57,796 nucleotides of DNA from Thermoanaerobaculia bacterium (GTDB lineage: Bacteria > Acidobacteriota > Thermoanaerobaculia > Gp7-AA8): contig DATEOX010000746.1 in the NCBI GenBank assembly GCA_035273585.1, forward strand, positions 1-57,796, given 5' to 3'. Positions 1 to 9,602 of this stretch are shown piece after piece. Numbering within the stretch: the first letter of the stretch is position 1; each line of letters begins with the position of its first letter. Below the pieces are notes generated by a model. The model did not search any database and was not told the origin of the DNA. It saw nothing but the letters and a program-made list of their open reading frames with translations. A program made the translations under genes and the position numbers.

Positions 1-834
1 GTTGTCGCGACTCAGTCTTTTCGCGATGAGCAGCAACATCACGATCCCGAGCGCATTCGTGATCGCCAGAATGACGAGAACGTTCGGGTCATCGAAATTC
101 TGCGTGGCGATGAGCACGCCTGCGGCAGTATTGCGCTGCGCGGTGCCGAGCCCTCCCACGTCCTCGAGGTGGTCTTTTCCGCGGCCCATCCAGTAGCCGA
201 TGCCGAATGCGGCCCCGACGAACAGCAAGCCCAGCAGAATCGCGCCGGAGCCGGCGATCGCCATCATGTTCGGGAAATAGCCGATCAGCGTTGCGGCGAG
301 AAGAACGTACAAGGTGATGTTGGCCAGTTTCCCGACGAACGGCTGAATCGTTCGCATACTGCGGGGGAGAAAGCGAACGGCCAGCATGCCCATGGCGATC
401 GGAAGGAGCATCTGGACGGCCAGTGTTTTCGCGATCACCAATCCGTCGACGGCGACGCCGAACATGACCAGCGGCAAGACGATCGGGACATAAATCGCGG
501 TCGTCGCAATGAGAAGGATCATGACCGCGGCGCCGAGCGCGATGCTGTGGTCCGCGGTCTGGGTGAGCTTGATGAGAAACGGGGCGCCCGCGGCGAGACT
601 GAAAATGAGCAGTCCATCTCGAACGGCGGGATCGAACGACGTGAACGTGAGCGCCGCGATCATCAGCAGCGGCGCGAGCACGAAATTGGCGAGCAGCATC
701 CGGAGGACGAACGAATGGTCCTTCAGGTGCGCAACGACCTCCGACAACTTCTGCGTCAGGCCGACATTGAGCATCGCAGAGATCACGAACAGGGGAGCGG
801 CGACCTCGACGACGGTTCGGAAGAAGGCGAACAT
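1..834 (-). CDS. Bile acid:Na+ symporter (BASS/SBF-like) family transporter; C-terminus cut by the window edge
   Basis: Absent from the ORF track because the frame runs off the window. Reverse translation from ATG (complement of 832-834) is open for all 278 codons: MFAFFRTVVEVAAPLFVISAMLNVGLTQKL...LIFSLAAGAPFLIKLTQ...GTAQRNTAAGVLIATQNF. Polytopic, hydrophobic, GC-rich third positions. Confidence 0.75.
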   Translation of the reverse strand, partial: MFAFFRTVVEVAAPLFVISAMLNVGLTQKLSEVVAHLKDHSFVLRMLLANFVLAPLLMIAALTFTSFDPAVRDGLLIFSLAAGAPFLIKLTQTADHSIALGAAVMILLIATTAIYVPIVLPLVMFGVAVDGLVIAKTLAVQMLLPIAMGMLAVRFLPRSMRTIQPFVGKLANITLYVLLAATLIGYFPNMMAIAGSGAILLGLLFVGAAFGIGYWMGRGKDHLEDVGGLGTAQRNTAAGVLIATQNFDDPNVLVILAITNALGIVMLLLIAKRLSRDN

Positions 835-1018
835 TGGCCTCTCGTCGGTCGCCGGACGTGCGATGACCGTGCCCGAAGAATCTGTGCACGTCCGGAGTCA
901 GCCGAGTCCTCGAGTCGAGGTCATAGAGCCGTATACCGGCTGCAAACTTGCAGGCGAGCGTCACGCCAGGCGGCGCGTAGACGATGCACGCCCGCTCCGC
1001 CCGTGACGAGGGGCTCTC

Positions 1019-2914
1019 ATGACGACGAGGCCATGGTCACTGTTTTTTTCCATTCTTCTCCTGTCTGGCTGCAACCGGAATGCGACGCCGGAACGACAGG
1101 CGCAACCGCATGAGGCGCGACAGGCCGCGGGCGCCGAGGACGGCTGGCCGAGCTACAACCGGACGCTCGACGGCCAGAGGTACTCGCCGCTGAAGGAGAT
1201 CACCGCGGCCACCGTGTCGCGCCTTCGGCCGGTATGCGAGTTCGGGATGGGAGAAGAGGGAGGCTTCCAGACCGGCCCCGTGGTCATCGGCGAGACGATG
1301 TTCCTCACCACCGCACACACGACGGTCGCTATGAACGCGGCCACCTGTTCGCCGATCTGGCGGTACCTCGACCCCGCGCGGAAAGACGATCCGTTCCCGA
1401 TCAACCGCGGGGTGGCGTATCTCGACGGGCGCGTCTATCGCGGAAGCCCCGGCGGAAGACTGGTTGCGCTCAATGCTGCCGACGGCAAGGTCGTCTGGGA
1501 GCAACAGGTGGCGAACGGCAGCGTCGGAGAATTTCTCAGCAGTGCGCCGATTGCCTGGGAGGGCATGGTGTTCATCGGCCTCGCGGGCGGCGACTGGGGC
1601 ATCCGCGGCGCCATGATGGCTTTCGACGCCGCCACCGGAAAGCAGCGATGGAAGTTCTACACGATTCCCGTCGGCAACGAGCGCGGTGCGGAAACGTGGA
1701 AGATTCCGGAGACCGCGCACCGCGGCGGCGGTGCGATGTGGACCTCATATACGCTCGATGCCGCCACGGGTGAGCTCTTCGTGCCCGTCGGCAATCCCGC
1801 TCCCGATCTCAACCCCGCCGTCCGGCCGGGCGACAACCTCTTCACCAATTCCGTGATCGTGCTCGACGCGCGTACCGGCGCGCTGAAGTGGTGGTACCAG
1901 ACCGTGGCGAACGACGGGTACGACTGGGACATGAGCGCCGCGCCCGCGCTCTACACCACCTCCGCCGGCCAACGCCGTGTCGCCGTCGCGGGCAAGGAAG
2001 GAATGCTGGCCGGCGTCGACCGAACCACGCACGCGCCTGCGTTCAAGATTCCGATCACCACGATCCTGAACGCCGACAAGGCTCCCACGCCCGAAGGCAT
2101 CCGCGCCTGCCCCGGCGTCCTGGGCGGTGTGGAGTGGAACGGACCCGCCTTCGATCCCACCTCGCAGACGCTCTACGTCGGCTCCGTCGATTGGTGCGCC
2201 ACCTTCACCTCGGGCGCGCAGGAGTACATCGCCGGGCAACTCTACATGGGCACCGGCTTCAAGCCGGACCCTCTGGAGCAGGCCACGGGATGGATCCATG
2301 CGGTCAACGGCAACGACGGAAGCGTGCGCTGGAAAAAGAAGATGACGCATCCGATGGTGGCCGGCGTCACGCCCACGGCCGGCGGCATCGTGTTCACCGG
2401 AGACATCGACGGCAACTTCTTCGCCTTCGACTCGGCGAATGGCAACGAGCTGTTCCGGTACCGTGCCGACGGCAGCATTGCCGGCGGTGTGGTGACGTAT
2501 ACGGTTCGCGGGAGGCAATACGTGGCCTTCACTTCGGGCAACGTGTCGCGCGGCACGTTCGACACGAAAGGCAGCCCGAAGGTCACGATCATGGCGCTGG
2601 ACGCGCCCGAGACCGCTCTCTACACCGTTGCGCTTCCCGAGGCGAATGGGCGGGGACTGGTCTCGAAGCAGCCGCCGGTGGTGCGGGGCGAGATGGTGTT
2701 TGCAGGCTTCTGCGCCGCGTGTCATGGCGCGAGAGGGGAGCAGGGAGTCGCGACGTCGAAGAAGCGCACGGTCGCGGAGCTGGCGGCGTTCGTCAGAAAC
2801 CCGACCGGAACGATGCCGAAGCTGTATCCCGCTCCGCTGGACGAGGCCGAGGTGACGGCGGTAGCGACGTACGTGCACGAGGTGTTGCAGCAGAGCGGCA
2901 CGACCCCGCGATGA
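1019..2914 (+). CDS. PQQ-dependent quinohemoprotein dehydrogenase (alcohol-dehydrogenase type), lipoprotein, with C-terminal cytochrome c domain
   Basis: 631-aa ORF. Lipoprotein signal LLLSGC. Propeller-type repeats (GKVVWEQ, GKQRWKFYT, DGYDWD, GGVEWNGPAFDP). C-terminal haem-c motif CAACHG. Confidence 0.88.
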   Translation: MTTRPWSLFFSILLLSGCNRNATPERQAQPHEARQAAGAEDGWPSYNRTLDGQRYSPLKEITAATVSRLRPVCEFGMGEEGGFQTGPVVIGETMFLTTAHTTVAMNAATCSPIWRYLDPARKDDPFPINRGVAYLDGRVYRGSPGGRLVALNAADGKVVWEQQVANGSVGEFLSSAPIAWEGMVFIGLAGGDWGIRGAMMAFDAATGKQRWKFYTIPVGNERGAETWKIPETAHRGGGAMWTSYTLDAATGELFVPVGNPAPDLNPAVRPGDNLFTNSVIVLDARTGALKWWYQTVANDGYDWDMSAAPALYTTSAGQRRVAVAGKEGMLAGVDRTTHAPAFKIPITTILNADKAPTPEGIRACPGVLGGVEWNGPAFDPTSQTLYVGSVDWCATFTSGAQEYIAGQLYMGTGFKPDPLEQATGWIHAVNGNDGSVRWKKKMTHPMVAGVTPTAGGIVFTGDIDGNFFAFDSANGNELFRYRADGSIAGGVVTYTVRGRQYVAFTSGNVSRGTFDTKGSPKVTIMALDAPETALYTVALPEANGRGLVSKQPPVVRGEMVFAGFCAACHGARGEQGVATSKKRTVAELAAFVRNPTGTMPKLYPAPLDEAEVTAVATYVHEVLQQSGTTPR

Positions 2915-2938
2915 AACGAGTGATCGCGTTGACCTGGG

Positions 2939-3508
2939 TCACCGGACGTAACGGAAGCCGGTCTTCGTGCCGTGCCCGACGACGTACCCGAGCTGAATGT
3001 TCAGGTAGCCGAGCGTCTCCAGCCACCGCGCGTTCTGCAATGGCCCGGCACTGACGGCGTCGAAGCCGATGTCCTTCGCCAGCGCCAGGACGGTGTCGCG
3101 CGCGCCGTCGTCGTCGCTCGCAACGAGCACGGTCAGGGTCTGCCCGTTCACCTGGCCGCTGTCCATGTGCTCTGCGAACTGCGTATTGAATGCTTTGACG
3201 ACCCTGGCCTGCTTCGCTTTCTTCTGCAGTTCTTCGGCGCCGCTCGTGGTGCAGCCGATGGCCAGGCCCATGTTCTCGTCGAGCGCGTTCGTGACGTCGA
3301 CCACAACCTTGCCGTTCACGGCGTCACCCATCGTCGTCACCGCGTCGTCGACGCCTCCGAACGGGACGGCCAGGATGATCACTTCGCCGAACTGCGCGGT
3401 CTCCCGCACGTTCTCCCGGCCCGTCGAACGAACGTCGTGTCCACCGCGCCGGAGGCCGCGCTCGAGCGCGCTTCCGACGTTCCCGTTTCCGATGATCGCG
3501 ATCTTCAT
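2939..3508 (-). CDS. NADPH-dependent F420 reductase-like NAD(P)-binding oxidoreductase
   Basis: Only the last 189 codons of the 556-aa track ORF are credible. Starts MKIAIIGNGNVGSALERGL (Rossmann GxGxxG). The rest of that ORF is antisense to the USP gene. Confidence 0.78.
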   Translation of the reverse strand: MKIAIIGNGNVGSALERGLRRGGHDVRSTGRENVRETAQFGEVIILAVPFGGVDDAVTTMGDAVNGKVVVDVTNALDENMGLAIGCTTSGAEELQKKAKQARVVKAFNTQFAEHMDSGQVNGQTLTVLVASDDDGARDTVLALAKDIGFDAVSAGPLQNARWLETLGYLNIQLGYVVGHGTKTGFRYVR

Positions 3509-3595
3509 GCGTTCGGCGAAGCAACAAGCGTGCAGACGGAGATTCGTTGCTCGTCGTGGTATACCACCGCGAGGCGAAGAGAAACGGAGGATGTG

Positions 3596-4894
3596 ATGAC
3601 GATCATCTGCGGTACCGACTTCTCGACCGTGGCGGAGCATGCATGCCGCGTTGCCGCACTGCTGGCCGCGCAGTACGACGCGCCCCTCGTGATCGTCCAC
3701 GCGATCGCTCCCGTGACTGTGCCGCCGGCGCCCGGTCTCGACAGAATGCTCGAGGACGTGAAAGCGTCCGCCGACCGCGCCATGGCCGATCTGAAGGCCC
3801 GCCTCGGAAACGAGCGACTGAAGCTGACGACCGTGGTCAGGGCCGGCGCACCCGCCGACGTGCTGCTCGGGGAGACCGCGCACGCGCACGCGCGCCTGGT
3901 GGTGCTGGGATCGGTCGGCCAGCGCGAAAAGAGCTGGCTCCTCGGCAGTACGAGCGACGCGGTCGTGTCGCGCAGCGACGTGCCGGTACTCGTGGTGCGC
4001 GATCGCTTCCCGGCCGACTCCTGGCTCCACGAGCGCACGCCGCTCCGCGTCACCGTGGCGGCGGAGCTCGCGCCGAGCACCGATCCGGCCGTCGAGTGGG
4101 CTGCCGGTCTGACCCAGCTCGGCCCCTGCCAGTTCACCCTGGCCCACGTCTCGTGGCCCCCCGAGGAGTACGAGCGGCTCGCGATCGAAACGCCCATGCG
4201 GCTCGATCGTACGCACCCGCTGGTGGAGGAGGTGGTCCGCCGCGAGCTCGACGCCGCGGCGTCCCGACTTCGCGGCGAGGGGGAGACGAAGATCGTCGTG
4301 CAATCGAACATGGGCCGCACAGGCGAAGCGATCTCGCTCGTTGCGAAAGACGAAGGATCGGACCTGCTCGTCGTCGGCAGGGGCCGGGCCGAGGGGCGGG
4401 AATGGTGGGAAAGGTCCGTCTCGCGTGCGGTCGTGCGCAACGCACCGCTCAGCGTCGTCTGCATCCCTGATACGACGGAAGCGGAAGCATTGCCGACGCC
4501 CCAAATCCGGCGCGTCCTCGCCGCGACGGATTTTTCGCCGCTGGGCAATGCCGCGGTGGCATATGCGCTCAGCATCACGCCCGACGGCGGAGAGGTCCTG
4601 CTGGTGCACGCCATGGAGGAGTCAGCCGGCGAGGACGAGCGGAACCAATCCCGTGAACGGCTCGAGCGCCTCGCGGCCGGACAGTCAGGACGATGCCAGG
4701 TGCAGACCAACGTGCTGACCGGCGACGATCCGGCGCGCTTGATCAGCGCCTCGGCGGAACGGTTCGGTGCGGACGTGATCTGCGTCGGCTCGCGCGGCGG
4801 TTACGGCCTGGCCAAAGCGCTCCTCGGCTCCGTCTCACAAAGCGTGTTGCTGCGCAGCCGGCGTCCGGTCCTGGTGGTGCAGTCGCCCCCGTGA
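3596..4894 (+). CDS. Universal stress protein with three tandem USP domains
   Basis: ATG at 3596 follows GGAGG (3586-3590). Three repeats of the USP pattern (MTIICGTDFS...VLVV; LRVTVAAEL...VVCIP; RRVLAATDFSPLG...GSRGGYGL...PVLVV). Confidence 0.85.
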   Translation: MTIICGTDFSTVAEHACRVAALLAAQYDAPLVIVHAIAPVTVPPAPGLDRMLEDVKASADRAMADLKARLGNERLKLTTVVRAGAPADVLLGETAHAHARLVVLGSVGQREKSWLLGSTSDAVVSRSDVPVLVVRDRFPADSWLHERTPLRVTVAAELAPSTDPAVEWAAGLTQLGPCQFTLAHVSWPPEEYERLAIETPMRLDRTHPLVEEVVRRELDAAASRLRGEGETKIVVQSNMGRTGEAISLVAKDEGSDLLVVGRGRAEGREWWERSVSRAVVRNAPLSVVCIPDTTEAEALPTPQIRRVLAATDFSPLGNAAVAYALSITPDGGEVLLVHAMEESAGEDERNQSRERLERLAAGQSGRCQVQTNVLTGDDPARLISASAERFGADVICVGSRGGYGLAKALLGSVSQSVLLRSRRPVLVVQSPP

Positions 4895-4930
4895 CGCTGT
4901 ACGCGTTCCGCATCCATTTCTCGCCCTCCG

Positions 4931-5500
4931 TCAGTGCCGGTGCGCTCGCGCTTTGGCCAGCAGAACCATGACGCCGAAAATCGGATCGCGCGAGCCGGCA
5001 GCGCGGACCACCTCCCAGTTCTCGGAGATGTAGCGGTCGACGTACGCGACGACGTCGGAGAGCATGATCTTCAGATAGGGACTCGGCTCGTCGGAAGACG
5101 TTCCGAAGGCCACGAGCCGTACCTGATGTCCTACACGCGTGTCGGCCTGGCCTTTTGTGAGGAGGGACCGTGCGTAGCCCTTCGCCTCTTCCGCGCTGCA
5201 ACGGCCGAAGCGCCGCAGGATCTTGGTCACCACGTCCGGATCGGTCGCGGCCTCGTTGATCATCGCCCGCCCTTCCTTCACTTCCCCGATGATCATGTCG
5301 GCCTTGTCTCGCGGAACCTGCAGCACGGGATCGGGCGCAAAGTCCGGCTCGCCGCCGGGTAGATGATATGCGGCCATGTCCACCTCCGTCAGCGTTCGGA
5401 TCATCCCGCCGCTGATTTTGCGCACCACTGGATACTCGGTGATCGTGAAATAGCCATTGAGCTGCAGATACGCTCGAACGAGCGCCACGGCGTTGTCCAT
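4931..5500 (-). CDS. Hypothetical protein, possible PD-(D/E)xK nuclease-fold
   Basis: 189-aa ORF. N-terminal VRAYLQLNGYF, then EVDMAAY ... IGEVKEG, which resembles a D...ExK motif. The fold assignment is inference only. Confidence 0.55.
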   Translation of the reverse strand: MDNAVALVRAYLQLNGYFTITEYPVVRKISGGMIRTLTEVDMAAYHLPGGEPDFAPDPVLQVPRDKADMIIGEVKEGRAMINEAATDPDVVTKILRRFGRCSAEEAKGYARSLLTKGQADTRVGHQVRLVAFGTSSDEPSPYLKIMLSDVVAYVDRYISENWEVVRAAGSRDPIFGVMVLLAKARAHRH

Positions 5501-5607
5501 GAATACCTTTTACCGCAGGACTCGAGCAGGCGTACGCCGATGCCTTGTTCGACTACGACACCGTGCGCCGGAACTGGTGAAGACGCATCCGCTAAACTCT
5601 GTCGCGC

Positions 5608-6813
5608 ATGCTGTTCCCCAACGTCGAGCGCCGCGCCTGGCGTGCTCTCTTCGCCGCGCAGGCCGGCTGGATGCTCGACGCGATGGACTTTCTGCTGTTC
5701 ACGTTTGCGCTCCTCCCCATCCAGAAGGAGTTCGGCCTGACCAGCGCGCAGATGGGCGGCCTGACCACCGTCGCCCTCATCGCCAGCGCCGTCGGCGGGA
5801 TGGTCTTCGGCCGGATCGCGGACCGCATCGGTCGGGTGCGGGCCATGACCGTCAGCATCCTCCTCTACTCCGGCGCGACCGCCGGGCTGGCCACGTCGCA
5901 CGCGGCGTGGCAGCTCGTCGCCTGGCGCGTCCTGGTCGGCTTCGGGATGGGGGGCGAGTGGTCGTGCGGCTCGGTGCTCGTGGCCGAGACCTGGCCGGCG
6001 GAGCATCGGGGCAAGGCCATGGGCCTGATGCAGTCCGGGTGGGCCATCGGCGCGCTCTTCGCCGCGGCGCTCTCCGCGCTGATGCTCGACCGCTTCGGCT
6101 GGCGCGTGCTCTTCCTCATGGGAGCATTGCCCGCCGCCGCGGCGTTCTTCATCCGCCGCACGGTCGAGGAGCCGCCGATCTGGCGCGACCGCCCGCCCGA
6201 GGCGTCGCGCTTCAGTGAGATCTTTGCCGCTCCGTTTCTCCGCCGCACCGCCATCGCCACGATGCTCTCCAGCAGCGTCCTCATCGCCTACTGGGGCCTC
6301 ACGTCATGGCTGCCGTCGTTCCTCGCGTCGCCCATCGAGAAGGGTGGCGCGGGCCTGACGCTGACGAAATCCGCGACCTGGGTGATCCTCCTCCAGATCG
6401 GCGCCTTCCTCGGCTACACGACGTTCGGCTACATCGCCGACCGCATCGGCCGCCGCCCGGCGTTCACGCTGTTCATGATCGCCGCGACGCTGGTCGTGCC
6501 GCTCTTCGCCTTCGGCGCGCGCACGACGCTCGCGCTGCTCGTCCTCTGCCCGCTGGTCGGCTACTTCGCCCACGGCTACTTCTCCGCGTTCGGCGCCATG
6601 CTGGCCGAGCTCTTCCCGACGCGCATCCGGGCCACGGCGCAGGGCTTCTGCTACAACGGCGGCCGCTTCGCCTCCGCCTTTGCCCCGCTGGCCATCGGCG
6701 CCGCCGCCTCGCGCTACGGGCTCGGCGTCGTCATCGCCGCCTCGTCGCTCTTCTTCCTCGTCGGCGCGGCGCTGGTCTGGCTCCTCCCCGAAACGAAAGG
6801 AGCGGAGCTGTGA
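5608..6813 (+). CDS. MFS transporter
   Basis: 401 aa, about 12 hydrophobic segments. MFS signature-like GRIADRIGRVRAM between TM2 and TM3. Confidence 0.9.
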   Translation: MLFPNVERRAWRALFAAQAGWMLDAMDFLLFTFALLPIQKEFGLTSAQMGGLTTVALIASAVGGMVFGRIADRIGRVRAMTVSILLYSGATAGLATSHAAWQLVAWRVLVGFGMGGEWSCGSVLVAETWPAEHRGKAMGLMQSGWAIGALFAAALSALMLDRFGWRVLFLMGALPAAAAFFIRRTVEEPPIWRDRPPEASRFSEIFAAPFLRRTAIATMLSSSVLIAYWGLTSWLPSFLASPIEKGGAGLTLTKSATWVILLQIGAFLGYTTFGYIADRIGRRPAFTLFMIAATLVVPLFAFGARTTLALLVLCPLVGYFAHGYFSAFGAMLAELFPTRIRATAQGFCYNGGRFASAFAPLAIGAAASRYGLGVVIAASSLFFLVGAALVWLLPETKGAEL

Positions 6814-7517
6814 GAACGATCGACATCAGCGCCGACCTCGGCGAGTCCGCGCCGGATGAAGACGCGATCTGGCCCCTCATCACCTCCGCGAACGTGGCTT
6901 GCGGCGGCCACATCGGCGACGCCGCCTCAATGCGCGAGGCCGCCGAGCGCGCGCAAGTCCTCGGCGTACGCCTCGGCGCCCACCCGTCGTACCCCGACCG
7001 CGCCAACTTCGGCCGCGTGTCTCTCTCCCTCCCGCCCGACACGCTCCGCGCCTCCCTCATCTCCCAGATCGAGTCTTTGCGCGCCTTCGCCCCGTTGCAC
7101 CACGTGAAGCCGCACGGCGCCCTCTACAACGATGCGCATCGCGACTACCCCCTCGCCGAGGTCGTGATCAGCGCGTTGCAGGGGCTGGCCATCGTCTGCC
7201 CCGATCATTCGCAGATGGCCGCCGCCGCCCGCGCCGCCGGCGTCCCGGTCATCCGTGAGGCCTTCGCCGACCGCCGCTACGAGCCCGACGGCTCGCTCAT
7301 GTCGCGCAAGCTCGCGGGCTCGCTGCTGACGGTGGAGGAGGCCGCCGCCCAAGCCGCCCTCCTGGTCAGCGAGGGTGCCGTGATCGCCCGCGACGGCACC
7401 CGCGTGCCAATCGCCTTCGACACGATCTGCATCCACGCCGACATGGCCGACGCCCTCCCCCGCCTGCGCGCCGTCCATGCTAGAATCCGCAACCTTTCCC
7501 GCAGCACTGTGGTGTAG
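6810..7517 (+). CDS. pxpA: 5-oxoprolinase subunit A (LamB/YcsF family)
   Basis: GTG at 6810 overlaps the MFS stop (GTGA). VRTIDISADLGES...NVACGGHIGD...HVKPHGALYN is typical of PxpA. The upstream part of the 403-aa track ORF is an alternate frame of the MFS gene. Confidence 0.82.
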   Translation: MRTIDISADLGESAPDEDAIWPLITSANVACGGHIGDAASMREAAERAQVLGVRLGAHPSYPDRANFGRVSLSLPPDTLRASLISQIESLRAFAPLHHVKPHGALYNDAHRDYPLAEVVISALQGLAIVCPDHSQMAAAARAAGVPVIREAFADRRYEPDGSLMSRKLAGSLLTVEEAAAQAALLVSEGAVIARDGTRVPIAFDTICIHADMADALPRLRAVHARIRNLSRSTVV

Positions 7518-7583
7518 CTCAGTTGGTAGAGCGCCGGATTGTTAATCCGGTGGTCGCTGGTTCGAGTCCAGCCGCCACAGCCA
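7508..7583 (+). tRNA. tRNA-Asn (anticodon GTT), with encoded CCA
   Basis: Cloverleaf read by eye. Acceptor TGTGGTG/CGCCACA (one G-U pair), D-arm AGCTCAGTTGGTAGAGC, anticodon stem CCGGA/TCCGG with loop TTGTTAA, T-arm GCTGG-TTCGAGT-CCAGC, then G-CCA. Overlaps the pxpA stop by 10 nt. Confidence 0.92.
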
Positions 7584-7639
7584 GTTTCCTTTCAGAGACT
7601 TAGCAGAGATCCGCAGCGTCCGATCGAACGGATGCGCGA
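7539..7639 (+). repeat. Direct repeat copy A (anticodon loop to 3' end of tRNA-Asn plus 56 bp downstream); att-like
   Basis: 96/101 identical and gap-free with 15347-15447 (offset 7808 bp). Confidence 0.9.
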
Positions 7640-7800
7640 CCTTCACAACGCACGCCGCCGCGCCGGCAGCAGAAAGGTCCGCGCGCATCTCCGGCTCGCG
7701 ATCGCGCGCATCAACCAACTGCATTACATCCTGACACGTAGCGGTTCAGATGCGAGATCGCTCCGTATGCTAGGCGGCTTCCGCGCTCGCACCGGGGCGG

Positions 7801-9222
7801 TTAGTGACGGTCCCGGGGCGCGAGCGGTATTCTGACCGTGAACGTACTGCCTGCGCCGGGTGCGCTCTCCACCGTGATGCGACCGCCGTGTGCTTCGACG
7901 GCGAGCTTGCAGAAGGCGAGGCCGAGACCAGTGCCGACCCTGCTCGTAGCGTCGACCTGACCAAACTTTTCGAAGATGCGCTCGAACGCGTCGCCGGGGA
8001 TCCCGCGACCGGTGTCCGCAACCGCGAATCGGACGGACGGTCCGTCGCTGGGGCCTGCAGTGATCGTCACTGCACCGCGTGGTGTGAAACGAATCGCGTT
8101 GGCGATGAGATTCACCAGCGTCCGGCTCAACTTGTTGGCGTCGCCAGCGAAAGGCTCGAGTCCCTCTTCGAGCACCGTCACAAGCGAGGTTTCACTGGCT
8201 TCGGCGAGGGTGCGAATCTCGCTGATTGCGTTCGCAACCAGCGTCGCGGCCGAAAGTTCTTCGTATCGAAGTCCCATCATGCCGGCCTCCATCTTCTCGA
8301 CGTCCAACAGATCGTTGATCATCCCGAGCAGAGTCCGGCCGCCGCCCGCCGCGATCGCGATCATCTCGCGTTGCAAATCGTCCAGGCCGTCGCCCCGGCC
8401 GAGCATGTCCACCCCGGCGATGACGGCCGTCAGCGGCGATCGCAGGTCGTGAACGATCATGTTGCGAAGGTCATCGCGGTGCTTCTCGGCCTCCTGCAGC
8501 CGCTGGTAGTTTTCCCGCAGCTCGGCGAACAGCAGCGTCTCGCGGTCCCGGCTTCGTTTTTTCTCGAGACAGGCGCCGATGCGCGCCTGCAGGAGCGTCG
8601 GATTGAAGGGCTTGCCGAGGTAATCCTCGGCGCCCGCCGCGATACAACGAACGACGGAGTCCAGCTCATCGACTGCGGAGATCATGACCACGGGGATGTG
8701 CCGAAGGCGATCGTCGGACTTGAGTCGCCGGAGCACTTCGTAGCCGTCCGTGTCCGGCATCATGATGTCGAGAAGCACCAGATCGAACGGCGTCTCCAGC
8801 ATCACCGCCAGCGCGTCATCGCCATTGTTCGCCGTCACCACCGTGTGTCCCTGGCGGGTGAGGCGTCGCGAGAGGACCTCCCGGTTCGTAGCCTCGTCAT
8901 CGACGACGAGCAGCATTCCGGGCGCGACGGCCGGTGTCGTCGCCGCCACCGCGAACTCGACCGGGACAGCGTCCGACCGGCGTCGCGCCGATCCCGACTG
9001 GTCGCGCTCAGTCACAGAGGTGAAGTTCTGCTCGATCAGCCTAAGGATGCGATAGCCGGCCGCGCGGATTTTTTCCAGATCGCCGGTCAGTCCGTCCCGC
9101 TCCGAACCAGCTTCCTCGCAAAGCATGTCGGAGTAGCCAATGATCTGGTTCAGCGGTGTGCGCAAATCGTGGAGCAAGTCCGCGGTCACGCTCGTCCTCG
9201 CCAGTTGAGGGACGACCGTCAC
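7801..9222 (-). CDS. Hybrid sensor kinase: orphan HisKA-like box, REC, HisKA, HATPase
   Basis: GTG start overlaps the upstream stop (GTGA). HDLRTPLNQIIGYSDML; REC (LLVVDDEATNR...DLVLLDIMMPDTDGY); second H-box VHDLRSPLTAV; DTGRGIP and GTGLGLAF ATP-lid motifs. Confidence 0.85.
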   Translation of the reverse strand: MTVVPQLARTSVTADLLHDLRTPLNQIIGYSDMLCEEAGSERDGLTGDLEKIRAAGYRILRLIEQNFTSVTERDQSGSARRRSDAVPVEFAVAATTPAVAPGMLLVVDDEATNREVLSRRLTRQGHTVVTANNGDDALAVMLETPFDLVLLDIMMPDTDGYEVLRRLKSDDRLRHIPVVMISAVDELDSVVRCIAAGAEDYLGKPFNPTLLQARIGACLEKKRSRDRETLLFAELRENYQRLQEAEKHRDDLRNMIVHDLRSPLTAVIAGVDMLGRGDGLDDLQREMIAIAAGGGRTLLGMINDLLDVEKMEAGMMGLRYEELSAATLVANAISEIRTLAEASETSLVTVLEEGLEPFAGDANKLSRTLVNLIANAIRFTPRGAVTITAGPSDGPSVRFAVADTGRGIPGDAFERIFEKFGQVDATSRVGTGLGLAFCKLAVEAHGGRITVESAPGAGSTFTVRIPLAPRDRH

Positions 9223-9602
9223 GAGGCTCTCTCCGCCGTCCGCGTCAGCAGCGCGTCGATCTTGGCCATGAGGCGCGGCATGTCGATCGGTTTCGTATCG
9301 AAGTCGTCGCAACCCGCTCGCAGTGCCTTTTCGCGATCGGCGGCCATCGCGTGCGCACTGAGCGCAATCACCGGGATCTGCCGGAGTGCGGCGTCAGCTT
9401 TGAGCCGCTGCGTGGCCTGCCATCCGTCGACTGCGGGGAGAGACAGGTCCATCAGGATGAGATCCGGTCTGCGTGCGGCCGCCGCGTCGATGCCGCCTTG
9501 CCCGTCGACGGCCAGGATGATCTGGAACCCTTTTTTTTCGAGCCGGCGCGACAGCATGTCGCGGTTCATCTCGTTGTCTTCCACGATCAGGATCGTCGTC
9601 AT
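9219..9602 (-). CDS. Single-domain CheY-like response regulator
   Basis: ATG at 9602 overlaps the upstream stop (ATGA). MTTILIVEDNEMNR...DLILMDLSLPAVDGW...KPID. The longer track ORF start lies inside the upstream gene. Confidence 0.85.
   Translation of the reverse strand: MTTILIVEDNEMNRDMLSRRLEKKGFQIILAVDGQGGIDAAAARRPDLILMDLSLPAVDGWQATQRLKADAALRQIPVIALSAHAMAADREKALRAGCDDFDTKPIDMPRLMAKIDALLTRTAERAS

Noticed and set aside
2939-4609. 556-aa minus-strand ORF as a single gene.
   Set aside because: Only the last 189 codons (from MKIAIIGNGNVG) look like a real protein. The remainder is antisense to the three-domain USP gene.
6810-7583. pxpA without pxpB/pxpC partners, overlapping the tRNA-Asn by 10 nt.
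   Set aside because: Stand-alone LamB/YcsF genes and short CDS/tRNA overlaps (or a slightly earlier true stop context) are common. It is not clearly unusual.
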